IMG/VR virus record: IMGVR_UViG_3300032288_005579 | DNA: 64,000 nt | Direction: 5' to 3' (one strand) | From: a virus | Part shown: positions 9,942 through 17,702 of the stretch, one piece after another | Position numbering within the stretch: the stretch's first letter is position 1 | Layout of the letters: each line of letters starts with the position of its first letter | The notes under the pieces: model-generated | Database searches by the model: none | What the model saw: only the letters and a program-made list of their open reading frames with translations | What the model was told of the DNA's origin: nothing | Position numbers and translations under genes: made by a program

Positions 9942-12440
9942 TTATCCAGGATTAATTATGTAGGTGTAGTTCTTTTCTTGATTTGGATCGTACTTGTCTA
10001 TCAATTTTTGTTTTGCTAGTTCGGCATCATCAGCTCTTAATTGTATGCTAGCCACTGATTGACCTGAAGAATTTTTAACTATTCCAAAGTAAGAGTTATC
10101 TCCCCTGGTTAAGTCCACGTTGGGGTTTTGAGTTTGTTTGTTGAAGGAATCGTTGACTTTAGTATCCGGAATTTGTTTTTTAGATTCTATTGGAGTCTGT
10201 TGTTTAGCTTTATCTGTGTCTTTCTTAAACGCACTCAATATTTTCTCCATCATTTTCCTCATTCTATTTCTTAATTTTCTTCCCCCTTTTAACTTATTCA
10301 CAAAAGCGTTTAATCCAAGACCCTTATCTTCGTCCTCATTGTCAGGAGGATCCATTGAATATTGGTCTAAATCAGGATCGATGTCTCCTAGAAATTCTGT
10401 ATCAAATAAACCGTCGTCTTCTGTATATCCTACGTCTTTCGGAGAAAATCCTTCGGCGACTTCTTCATCCTCGGCGCTTTGCGTTCTAGTTGGCTGAGTT
10501 CCGTTTTCCGGGACCGACCTATTGTTGCTTAAGTTGGGGAAATTATCCCAGTTTAAGGTATTATCAAACAGGTAGTTTTCTACTGTTTGAATCAATGCTT
10601 TTTCGTCGTTAGTATAAAGAGAAGAGTAGTGTTGGACTAGGTTTTTAGACAGTAACAATTGCTTTACTTCCTCTATTATAATTTGACTATCTGATGCGTA
10701 CGTTGGTGGCGTTTGAACTACGACTATGCCTTTATTGTCAAGCGCCACCCCGTATCTTCTTCTTAAATTGAACGTGGGTTCTACTACTTCTTCGTTTACT
10801 ATCTTTATGTCATACTGCCCCAATTTACCGCTTGGATCATTTACTCCACTAGCGTCTATTCCGTTTCTTGTATCTTTAGGCAATCCGCTTCTTATGAAGG
10901 GATTAACTCCCCAATAATCAGATAGACCGTTATCATCCATGTTTGGGGGATCGTTTAACACGTCGTCCACTGAACGGGAGTTGGGATCATATATTCCGTC
11001 TTTTGCATCATTGAGTTCCTTATTTTTAGAGAACAGATACATCATGTCAGCATACTTTTGCATACCGTCTCTTGCCCCTATTAGGTCATCGAGTACGTCT
11101 TTATCCATATTAGGACAATTACTCAATTGTATGATTATAAGGTTGATATTTTTTATGATCTCGTTTATTGGTGCAAGTACACTATTAATTAGAATTCTTA
11201 TTAATTCGCATAAAAATAAGGCCTGTCCTAATCTATTAAATAGAGTATTTGGCTTCTCCGGCTTACCTATAACCTCTTTGTCCAGCGTTGTTGCAGTATC
11301 AGATATAGTTGTAGTTATGCCAGTAGTTGTATATATGTTTGGAATAGGTAATTTTTTTAGTAGTTTAGCAATAAACTTTATAACAATGATTATTACCATC
11401 ACTATTTTTATAACCATTTGTAAAACCTGTATAATGTTTAATAACGTTTGACATATGGATTGTATTTTTCTACATACAGAGATTATTTTTTTTAGAAACG
11501 GTATAGCTCGCTCTGGTTTTATTATGGATTGAACTTTTTCAGAAATGTTAGCCAAACTAGGGCCAGCTAATGTTAATCCAACGCCGGTTAAAAACGCCAA
11601 TGGAGAGGAAAGTGACTGTATTGATATGAGTAATTTTCTTATGTTCTGTATTCGTAACATAAACTTTTGAAAATCTTTATCGGGTATTTGCCTCCAATCA
11701 GAGTATCCGTCTATTGCTGAAAAGACTCCGTTTAAGTATAAGTTCGCTCTTTGTAACATTGGAAAAGCGGTTATCAGAGTTTTTATCTCCGATGTTGCAT
11801 CTCCCAAACCGTTTCCCCCTAAACTTTGATACGCCGCAAATCCCCTGGTTTGTGTAGCAGAATTTATAAGATTATCCAATCCAGATTTACTTTCATTCGG
11901 ATCGTTTGATTCCAAGAACCTCTCATTTATGATGGTGTTTATGTCAGTAGTTAAACCCTTTTTCAATTTACGCATCAATTTGAATAGAGCGTTCTTAGAT
12001 TCGGGGTTTTGCACGTCCAAATATTGAGACATGAACTTATCTATCTCAGTTTGAGAATCGTAAGATACTTTTTGTAGTTTCCAAAGCGATCTTTTTATGC
12101 CAGGAGCATCATCTCCCGGTGGTTTATCTGGATCGAAATTATCGTTGGCGCTGCCTCGAGGAACTTTTGAAATGCCGTACCCTACGATATCACAATAATT
12201 GATAGACGCTATTAATCTAACTATTGGAATTATGCCTAGTTTTAATGGATCTTTTGGACGAAGTATTCCGTTTTTGAAATTATTTACTTCATCGGGTTTT
12301 CCATAAAATATTATTTCGAATGTATTTCCTAGCTTTACTACACCTATAGAGGATTTACACATCAATTTCTCTAATCCCTTACTCTCTTTACAATTAGGAA
12401 AAGCCAGTTGTATGTTTACGTTTAAATCTTTGAATGACAT
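9942..12440 (-). CDS. Large hypothetical virion protein with hydrophobic/amphipathic helices
   Basis: 832 aa, including LLNIIQVLQMVIKIVMVIIIVIKFIAKLLKKLP. Lies between the spike-like genes and gp25. Confidence 0.7.
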   Translation of the reverse strand: MSFKDLNVNIQLAFPNCKESKGLEKLMCKSSIGVVKLGNTFEIIFYGKPDEVNNFKNGILRPKDPLKLGIIPIVRLIASINYCDIVGYGISKVPRGSANDNFDPDKPPGDDAPGIKRSLWKLQKVSYDSQTEIDKFMSQYLDVQNPESKNALFKLMRKLKKGLTTDINTIINERFLESNDPNESKSGLDNLINSATQTRGFAAYQSLGGNGLGDATSEIKTLITAFPMLQRANLYLNGVFSAIDGYSDWRQIPDKDFQKFMLRIQNIRKLLISIQSLSSPLAFLTGVGLTLAGPSLANISEKVQSIIKPERAIPFLKKIISVCRKIQSICQTLLNIIQVLQMVIKIVMVIIIVIKFIAKLLKKLPIPNIYTTTGITTTISDTATTLDKEVIGKPEKPNTLFNRLGQALFLCELIRILINSVLAPINEIIKNINLIIIQLSNCPNMDKDVLDDLIGARDGMQKYADMMYLFSKNKELNDAKDGIYDPNSRSVDDVLNDPPNMDDNGLSDYWGVNPFIRSGLPKDTRNGIDASGVNDPSGKLGQYDIKIVNEEVVEPTFNLRRRYGVALDNKGIVVVQTPPTYASDSQIIIEEVKQLLLSKNLVQHYSSLYTNDEKALIQTVENYLFDNTLNWDNFPNLSNNRSVPENGTQPTRTQSAEDEEVAEGFSPKDVGYTEDDGLFDTEFLGDIDPDLDQYSMDPPDNEDEDKGLGLNAFVNKLKGGRKLRNRMRKMMEKILSAFKKDTDKAKQQTPIESKKQIPDTKVNDSFNKQTQNPNVDLTRGDNSYFGIVKNSSGQSVASIQLRADDAELAKQKLIDKYDPNQEKNYTYIINPG

Positions 12441-12441
12441 T

Positions 12442-12867
12442 TTATTTTACAAATGTTGTTTTAGATAGTGTGCTGTTCAAAGTTGATTTTAAAGCAGCTA
12501 CTGAGCTATTCATTTTTTCAAAAGCGGCTTTATATGCTGCGTCATTCCCAGGTCCAGCGGCTTGAGCAAACACAGTGGCTGTATACATTGTATCGCAAAA
12601 TTTTTGAATTGCGTCAACCATTGTTTTACCCAATATAACTGGTTCGTTCTCACTTTCTGCTCCGTTTCCTAAGTATATTTTTTTAGAGAAAACTGCAGTG
12701 TATATGTCTGCGTCTAGATTTATAGTGCCCTTTGAGGATAATCCAACAGACTCTTTTCCAAAAATAAACGAAGAATCATTTTTAGAGTATAAAGAAACCC
12801 TATCGGACACTACCATTGTTTGGCTTCCGCTATATGGAAATTGTGGTCTATAATCGGATAGTGGCAT
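12442..12867 (-). CDS. Baseplate spike-like protein (gp5 C-terminal beta-helix-like half)
   Basis: Short alternating beta strands (SDRVSLYSK...FIFGKESVGLSSKGTINLDA...IYLG...EPVILG), typical of gp5/gpV spike C-termini. Confidence 0.5.
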   Translation of the reverse strand: MPLSDYRPQFPYSGSQTMVVSDRVSLYSKNDSSFIFGKESVGLSSKGTINLDADIYTAVFSKKIYLGNGAESENEPVILGKTMVDAIQKFCDTMYTATVFAQAAGPGNDAAYKAAFEKMNSSVAALKSTLNSTLSKTTFVK

Positions 12868-12883
12868 ACGAAATTACTTTAGA

Positions 12884-13807
12884 TTAAGAATCCAACGTAC
12901 GAGCTGGTATGGTATCAGTTGGAGGATTATATTCTGTTTTTGTTATGATTGATTTTTTGGGGTTATATATAGTTCTTCCCAATCCGTAAGACAATAACGG
13001 AAAATCTAAGCCTGTAAAAGTTATAGATTGGTTACTAGTCAACCAAATCGATGAATCATCGTTGTTTATGTCTTCATCGAGAAGACTTTGATAATCCACC
13101 TCTTCTCTGTGCCCCTGTCCATTTCTTATTATAGTTATTGGACTATTTGGAGAATTTTTATCAGAAGACCATGGATTTAAAACTACGCCGGGTCTTTGTT
13201 TATCTACGTTTGTACTTCCCAATCTTATTGACTGGCCGAATCTCCCTTCTAATATGACGTCGCCTTCGTAAGGTTTTAATCCCCTTATGTCTTGTTTTTC
13301 TGCAAATGTGTTTCCCATAGGAATGGGCGGAAAAGAAAAAGTTTTGGGATTGTTGCGATTCCTGCTGTTGTTGTATCCAGGTTTACTTGATATGCTATCG
13401 TAGTATTTCTGTAATTCATCTAAACGAGGAAAAGCCCCGTGATTGGGAAAATTCCAAACTGAGAACGGAGGCATATAATAGAATGAGGCTCTATCTACAC
13501 CATCGTTCAAATTAGAGTCCGGTCCGGATATAATCATTACGAACTCATTCAATAGCGGATAGTTCTTGATAGAACTAAACATTGGATAGGCAAAATTTGT
13601 AGTTCCGTCTGAAAATGATTGGTTTAAACTAGAGAACATTACTTCAAAAGATATTCGGCCTATGTCTCGTCTCGTGGTTGTGGGTTCTAATGGGGAATCA
13701 GGCGTAGGGACGGAATTCTCTAATACTATTTCTTTTACGCGACCTATTATGAAAGGAACCGTCTCTTTCTTTCCATCGTTGTTATAGCCTTTGTAAAAAA
13801 GAGACAT
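12884..13807 (-). CDS. Baseplate hub/spike protein (gp5 N-terminal OB-fold-like half)
   Basis: IKNYPLLNEFVMII...FYYM and KPYEGDVILEGRFGQSIRLGST resemble gp5-type OB-fold starts. Baseplate context. Confidence 0.5.
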   Translation of the reverse strand: MSLFYKGYNNDGKKETVPFIIGRVKEIVLENSVPTPDSPLEPTTTRRDIGRISFEVMFSSLNQSFSDGTTNFAYPMFSSIKNYPLLNEFVMIISGPDSNLNDGVDRASFYYMPPFSVWNFPNHGAFPRLDELQKYYDSISSKPGYNNSRNRNNPKTFSFPPIPMGNTFAEKQDIRGLKPYEGDVILEGRFGQSIRLGSTNVDKQRPGVVLNPWSSDKNSPNSPITIIRNGQGHREEVDYQSLLDEDINNDDSSIWLTSNQSITFTGLDFPLLSYGLGRTIYNPKKSIITKTEYNPPTDTIPARTLDS

Positions 13808-14157
13808 TATTTTATGAGTTTTTGTTGGCCACTAAAAGCGCTCGGTGGCAAATCATTAAATAGATCGTCTATGTCTTTTTGAGTCAAATTCCCCGATTCC
13901 CCAGAGGCTTTTTGTTCGGAAGATTGTTTAAACAATTGAACCATCTTCAGGAGCACCTCGTTGTTTCTAACCCCAGTGTCCATGAGGTCTTTAATAAGGG
14001 GCATCATGACTATTGCGTCACCCGGAGTTTCAATATAGGAAGAAAGCAGGCCCAACTTCTCTTTCAAAGTGGTATCCTGCTCTTTTTGGCGATCGTAGAT
14101 CTCTTGCAATAGATCGGACACATTTTTGCCAGAAAACACCTGTTTATCTAATTCCAT
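13807..14157 (-). CDS. Helical hypothetical protein, possibly a terminase small subunit (gp16-like)
   Basis: 116 aa, helical. Contains PxxxxVxxxLIKxxxDT, the spacing I recall for gp16-type TerS. Preceded by ATATTTAT. Confidence 0.35.
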   Translation of the reverse strand: MELDKQVFSGKNVSDLLQEIYDRQKEQDTTLKEKLGLLSSYIETPGDAIVMMPLIKDLMDTGVRNNEVLLKMVQLFKQSSEQKASGESGNLTQKDIDDLFNDLPPSAFSGQQKLIK

Positions 14158-14170
14158 ATTGTGTTTTCTT

Positions 14171-14178
14171 ATAAATAT
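14171..14178 (-). promoter_or_regulatory. Putative late promoter ATATTTAT
   Basis: Immediately after the sigma-gene stop and 13 nt before the ATG at 14157. Confidence 0.6.
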
Positions 14179-14179
14179 C

Positions 14180-14926
14180 CTAGTAGTCCGATTTCTGTAT
14201 GTGCTCCTCGAGCACTTCTTTGTATATGTTTTTGAGCTTTTTTATGACTTTAGTTATGGTGTTTGTTTGAACATCCACCATTTCTTTCACGTATATGTAG
14301 ATCAATTTCTTATTGAAGATGTCAAGGGACTCTCTTTTTTCAAATATCTCTATCAGGGATATAGCTACTTTTACGTCCTGAGGCGATTGAAAGGTCTCAA
14401 ACAACCTATCGTTGACCGTTTTTATGAATTGTTCTATAAGTTTTTCTGCGTCAAGTTCATTATTGAACTCGTCATTGATTAGTTTATCTATAGTTTTTTC
14501 TTCGTTATCTACCTCTTTAACCTCTATTTTGGATATCTTGCTCTTATAATTCTTTTGGTTATACACTATGAGGTATCTTTTGGCTATTGTACCGAAGTAT
14601 GAATACGCTTTTCCCAAAGACGCGTTGTACTTATCAAGTTTTTGAAGCAGAAAAGATATCACTTCATACTTAAGGTCTTCTATGGAATCAGCTTCCATAT
14701 GATAAAACTTAAAAGTGTGTATAATGTTCTCTACAAGTTTGTAAAAAGCGCCGTGAATTCTCTCCTTGTATATCTTATTCCTTAGGTAAGGATCTTCAGT
14801 TTTTCTATATTCTATGATCGCGTTCTGTGTGTCTTCCGTAAAATAGTTGTTAGATTTCTTGGGCTTTCTCTTTCTTACAGTACCCTTCTTTGTGTACTGT
14901 ACTGACTCCTGCAAAAAGTTCTCCAT
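14180..14926 (-). CDS. Phage late-transcription sigma factor (T4 gp55-like)
   Basis: NYFTEDTQNAIIEY...FYKLVENII...EDLKYEVISFLLQKLDKYN...KAYSYFGTIAKRYLI matches sigma region 2 of gp55-like proteins. Confidence 0.75.
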   Translation of the reverse strand: MENFLQESVQYTKKGTVRKRKPKKSNNYFTEDTQNAIIEYRKTEDPYLRNKIYKERIHGAFYKLVENIIHTFKFYHMEADSIEDLKYEVISFLLQKLDKYNASLGKAYSYFGTIAKRYLIVYNQKNYKSKISKIEVKEVDNEEKTIDKLINDEFNNELDAEKLIEQFIKTVNDRLFETFQSPQDVKVAISLIEIFEKRESLDIFNKKLIYIYVKEMVDVQTNTITKVIKKLKNIYKEVLEEHIQKSDY

Positions 14927-14927
14927 A

Positions 14928-15197
14928 TTAACTTAGGAACTCTTTTGATTTTCTTTGCATCTCTTTGATTTTATCGAAAAGCGCTAATAATTCAGGATCA
15001 GATTGCACCCAAATTTGGGAATCTATTTTATTGACCACCTCATCGAATTCTCGTACGAGAGTTATCATTTCGTTTGAAAAATTGGCGTAATTATTCGCCA
15101 TTTGTTCTAATTTTTTATTTTTATTGTAGAGGTTAAATATAACCCATCCCACCATGGTTGTTATCCATAAAGATATTCCTACTATTCCTAAGATCAT
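14928..15197 (-). CDS. Small membrane-anchored coiled-coil protein
   Basis: N-terminal hydrophobic stretch ILGIVGISLWITTMVGWVIFNLY, then a heptad-like helix. Confidence 0.7.
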   Translation of the reverse strand: MILGIVGISLWITTMVGWVIFNLYNKNKKLEQMANNYANFSNEMITLVREFDEVVNKIDSQIWVQSDPELLALFDKIKEMQRKSKEFLS

Positions 15198-15201
15198 AAT
15201 T

Positions 15202-15864
15202 TTATTTTTGTGTTTCTATTTTGCTTGACATAAGATCTGCTTGATGAAGTACGTAAGGAAGGTTTGATTTCAATTCGTAGTCTTCATTGTACGACATGTA
15301 GTAAGATTTATTTGCTTCTTCGTAAAGACCGTCGTGAAGTTTTATAGCTAAAAATTCTTTCGCACTTACGGGTATACCAGCATTTTGTAGATAGAATAAA
15401 CTTCTGTCTGCAATACGCATATGGGGGATATTTGTATTATACTTGTAGTATATGCCTTTATCCAATTGCCACTGTACATCATTAGGAATATAAAAAGGCT
15501 CTTCATTGGTTCCTAATTTTCCTAAATCGTGATTGATCGCTGAGAAAACTAATTCCTCCAACGTATAATCCTGTGCCTGACCAAATTTGGTCCAAACTTT
15601 GTGGAACACTAACGCAGCCTGAGTCACGTTAATAACGTGGTCCAAGTATCCTCCAGCGAAACAATTGTGCCTAGTTACTTTAGACGAAGCAGGAGATGTG
15701 GCTAATACAAGCTCTATACTTTTATAGAATGATTTCAGTTTCTCTCCACGAACCTTATTTTCGCTAGTGATGTACGTATCTATGTACTCATAGAACGTTT
15801 TGAGATTCTCCTCGATCTCTAATTCAGTCAAAACCTTCATTTTCATAATAGCATTATTTTCCAT
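15202..15864 (-). CDS. HD-domain phosphohydrolase
   Basis: HNCFAGGYLDHVINV...AINHDLGKLG...LHDGLY...LHQADLMS gives the H...HD...H...D ligand pattern. Confidence 0.85.
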   Translation of the reverse strand: MENNAIMKMKVLTELEIEENLKTFYEYIDTYITSENKVRGEKLKSFYKSIELVLATSPASSKVTRHNCFAGGYLDHVINVTQAALVFHKVWTKFGQAQDYTLEELVFSAINHDLGKLGTNEEPFYIPNDVQWQLDKGIYYKYNTNIPHMRIADRSLFYLQNAGIPVSAKEFLAIKLHDGLYEEANKSYYMSYNEDYELKSNLPYVLHQADLMSSKIETQK

Positions 15865-15908
15865 GTTTATGAAAGTACATAAAAATAAACTATATTGGAA
15901 ATAATCGA

Positions 15909-16247
15909 TTACGGTGTATAGCGCTTCTTATATTCACTTATAGCTGAACCCATTAGTTCGTGAAACGTTAGAACACCAATTCCACTTAGTTTATCGTTTA
16001 GCTGTCTAACAGCGGCAGATTTAGTGTAATTTAGAAGTTGATATATTACGGTATTATCAATAACTATTATGGGATAATCTATTGCGCCTGTTAATACTTC
16101 AAGATTATGACACGTTTCGTTGTACCCAGAACAATCTATAAATTCGTAATCTATAGCTAATTCTCTAAACTTCTTTGCTGTATTTTCGCATTTTTCGCAG
16201 CCTAAAAGGCCATAAATTGCTATTTTTGAATTACTCATCTTCGTCAT
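15909..16247 (-). CDS. Glutaredoxin-like protein
   Basis: IAIYGLLGCEKCENTAKKF...YEFIDC...YPIIVID: CxxC plus the cis-Pro motif. The true start may be the second Met (MSNSK). Confidence 0.75.
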   Translation of the reverse strand: MTKMSNSKIAIYGLLGCEKCENTAKKFRELAIDYEFIDCSGYNETCHNLEVLTGAIDYPIIVIDNTVIYQLLNYTKSAAVRQLNDKLSGIGVLTFHELMGSAISEYKKRYTP

Positions 16248-16434
16248 CGTAAAAATTTTCGTCTAGCTTTTCAAGTGCGGTAGCTATAACAGCTAATTCA
16301 TCTTCAGAAAACTTATCCATTATACTATATAGATAGGTGTATACATAATCCATGTCTTTATCTGTTATAGATTCTTTAGCGATTTTTAATATGTCTTCAA
16401 CTTTTAAGTTATCTTCTTTTTCTCTATTTGACAT
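16231..16434 (-). CDS. Small acidic hypothetical protein
   Basis: 67 aa, first gene of the minus-strand block, overlapping the glutaredoxin start. Confidence 0.6.
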   Translation of the reverse strand: MSNREKEDNLKVEDILKIAKESITDKDMDYVYTYLYSIMDKFSEDELAVIATALEKLDENFYDDEDE

Positions 16435-16490
16435 AGTGGTTTCTATAAGGGTACAAAATTTTTGACTCCGTTTTGAGTTTCAGATTATTA

Positions 16491-16661
16491 GAACACCCCC
16501 TTAGCGGTCTTTCACCGTCGGATCACCCGATATTGGTGTTCTTTTTATGCCTACGCTCTATTTATATACCTGACGCATATTACTTCGTCTTAGCGCCTGG
16601 TAGATTGTTTAGCGATCGCTCTACAACACACCCATGGAATTTCACCAAGCTATGTGTATAG
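16491..16661. ncRNA. Candidate structured RNA/DNA element in the divergent intergenic region
   Basis: GAACACC(16491-97)/GGTGTTC(16535-41) encloses two small hairpins (CGGT/ACCG and TCGG/CCGA). Palindrome AGCGATCGCT at 16611-20. Long hairpin 16621-16661. GC-richer than the flanks. Confidence 0.3.
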
Positions 16662-16733
16662 ACCCCGAACGATAATCTTTCCTACAATATAACGAAATTT
16701 TCTAAATAAAAAAATTTTGTTTATAATAAATAC

Positions 16734-17702
16734 ATGAGCAAGAAAAAAGAAGTCCTGGATAAGAGTGTTCAGAAGCTTATACTCGGCGTGTTAGAGTCCC
16801 AATTGGGCAAAGGTAAGCCCGATAAGCTTGATAATTATACGTTCAATTGCCCAATCTGCAAGCACAGGAAACCGAAGCTCGTAGTAAACGTACGTACAGG
16901 CGCTTATAACTGTTGGACGTGTCATCCTCCCACAAAAGGAGGAAATCCCTCTTCACTTCTAAAAAAGATTGTGGCGCCGTCATCAGCTATAGTCGAGATG
17001 AAACAATACTACGGTATGAGCGTCACCAAAGAAGACACTCAGTCACAAGAAAACGTAGTAGAATTACCTAAAGAATATAAATTGATTACGTTTTCTAAAA
17101 AAGATACGTACGAAAACCGAGTTATCACGTATTTAAAAAAGAGGGGTCTAACTGAGCAAGACATTCTAAAGTACCAAATCGGATATTGCATGTCAGGGAG
17201 GTACAGAAACAGAGTCATAGTTCCGTCTTTCGATTCCCAAGGAAAATTAAATTACTTCGTGGCTAGATCGATAGACCCAAATGTTAAACCTGCTTACGAT
17301 GCACCAAGTATCAAGAAGACTGACATCATTGGTTTCGAATACTATATCAATTTCAACGTTCCAGTGGTGCTTTGCGAAGGAGCGTTTGACGCGATAGCCA
17401 TAAAAAGAAACGCTATACCCCTGTTCGGTAAAACAATTCCCAAAGCACTCATGATGAAACTTGTACAATCTCAAGTAAAAACTATATATTTAGCTTTGGA
17501 TAAGGACGCTATGCGAGAGAGTTACGACTACGCAGAGCAGCTATTAAACATGGGAAAAGACGTTTATTTTTTAGACATGGAAGACAAAGATCCATCAATC
17601 TTGGGTTTCGATAAGATGATCGAAATGCTGCAGCAAGCTAAACCCATGAATACACAAGATTTATTTTTTAGAAAGATGCAAATGGTATTGTACAAAATAT
17701 GA
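16734..17702 (+). CDS. DNA primase (zinc-binding domain plus TOPRIM)
   Basis: CPICKH...YNCWTC zinc finger; VVLCEGAFDAIAI and IYLALDKDA TOPRIM motifs. Confidence 0.9.
   Translation: MSKKKEVLDKSVQKLILGVLESQLGKGKPDKLDNYTFNCPICKHRKPKLVVNVRTGAYNCWTCHPPTKGGNPSSLLKKIVAPSSAIVEMKQYYGMSVTKEDTQSQENVVELPKEYKLITFSKKDTYENRVITYLKKRGLTEQDILKYQIGYCMSGRYRNRVIVPSFDSQGKLNYFVARSIDPNVKPAYDAPSIKKTDIIGFEYYINFNVPVVLCEGAFDAIAIKRNAIPLFGKTIPKALMMKLVQSQVKTIYLALDKDAMRESYDYAEQLLNMGKDVYFLDMEDKDPSILGFDKMIEMLQQAKPMNTQDLFFRKMQMVLYKI

Noticed and set aside
16636-16646. GGTGAAATTCC (minus strand) resembling an rRNA loop
   Set aside because: Only 11 nt, with no surrounding rRNA similarity.
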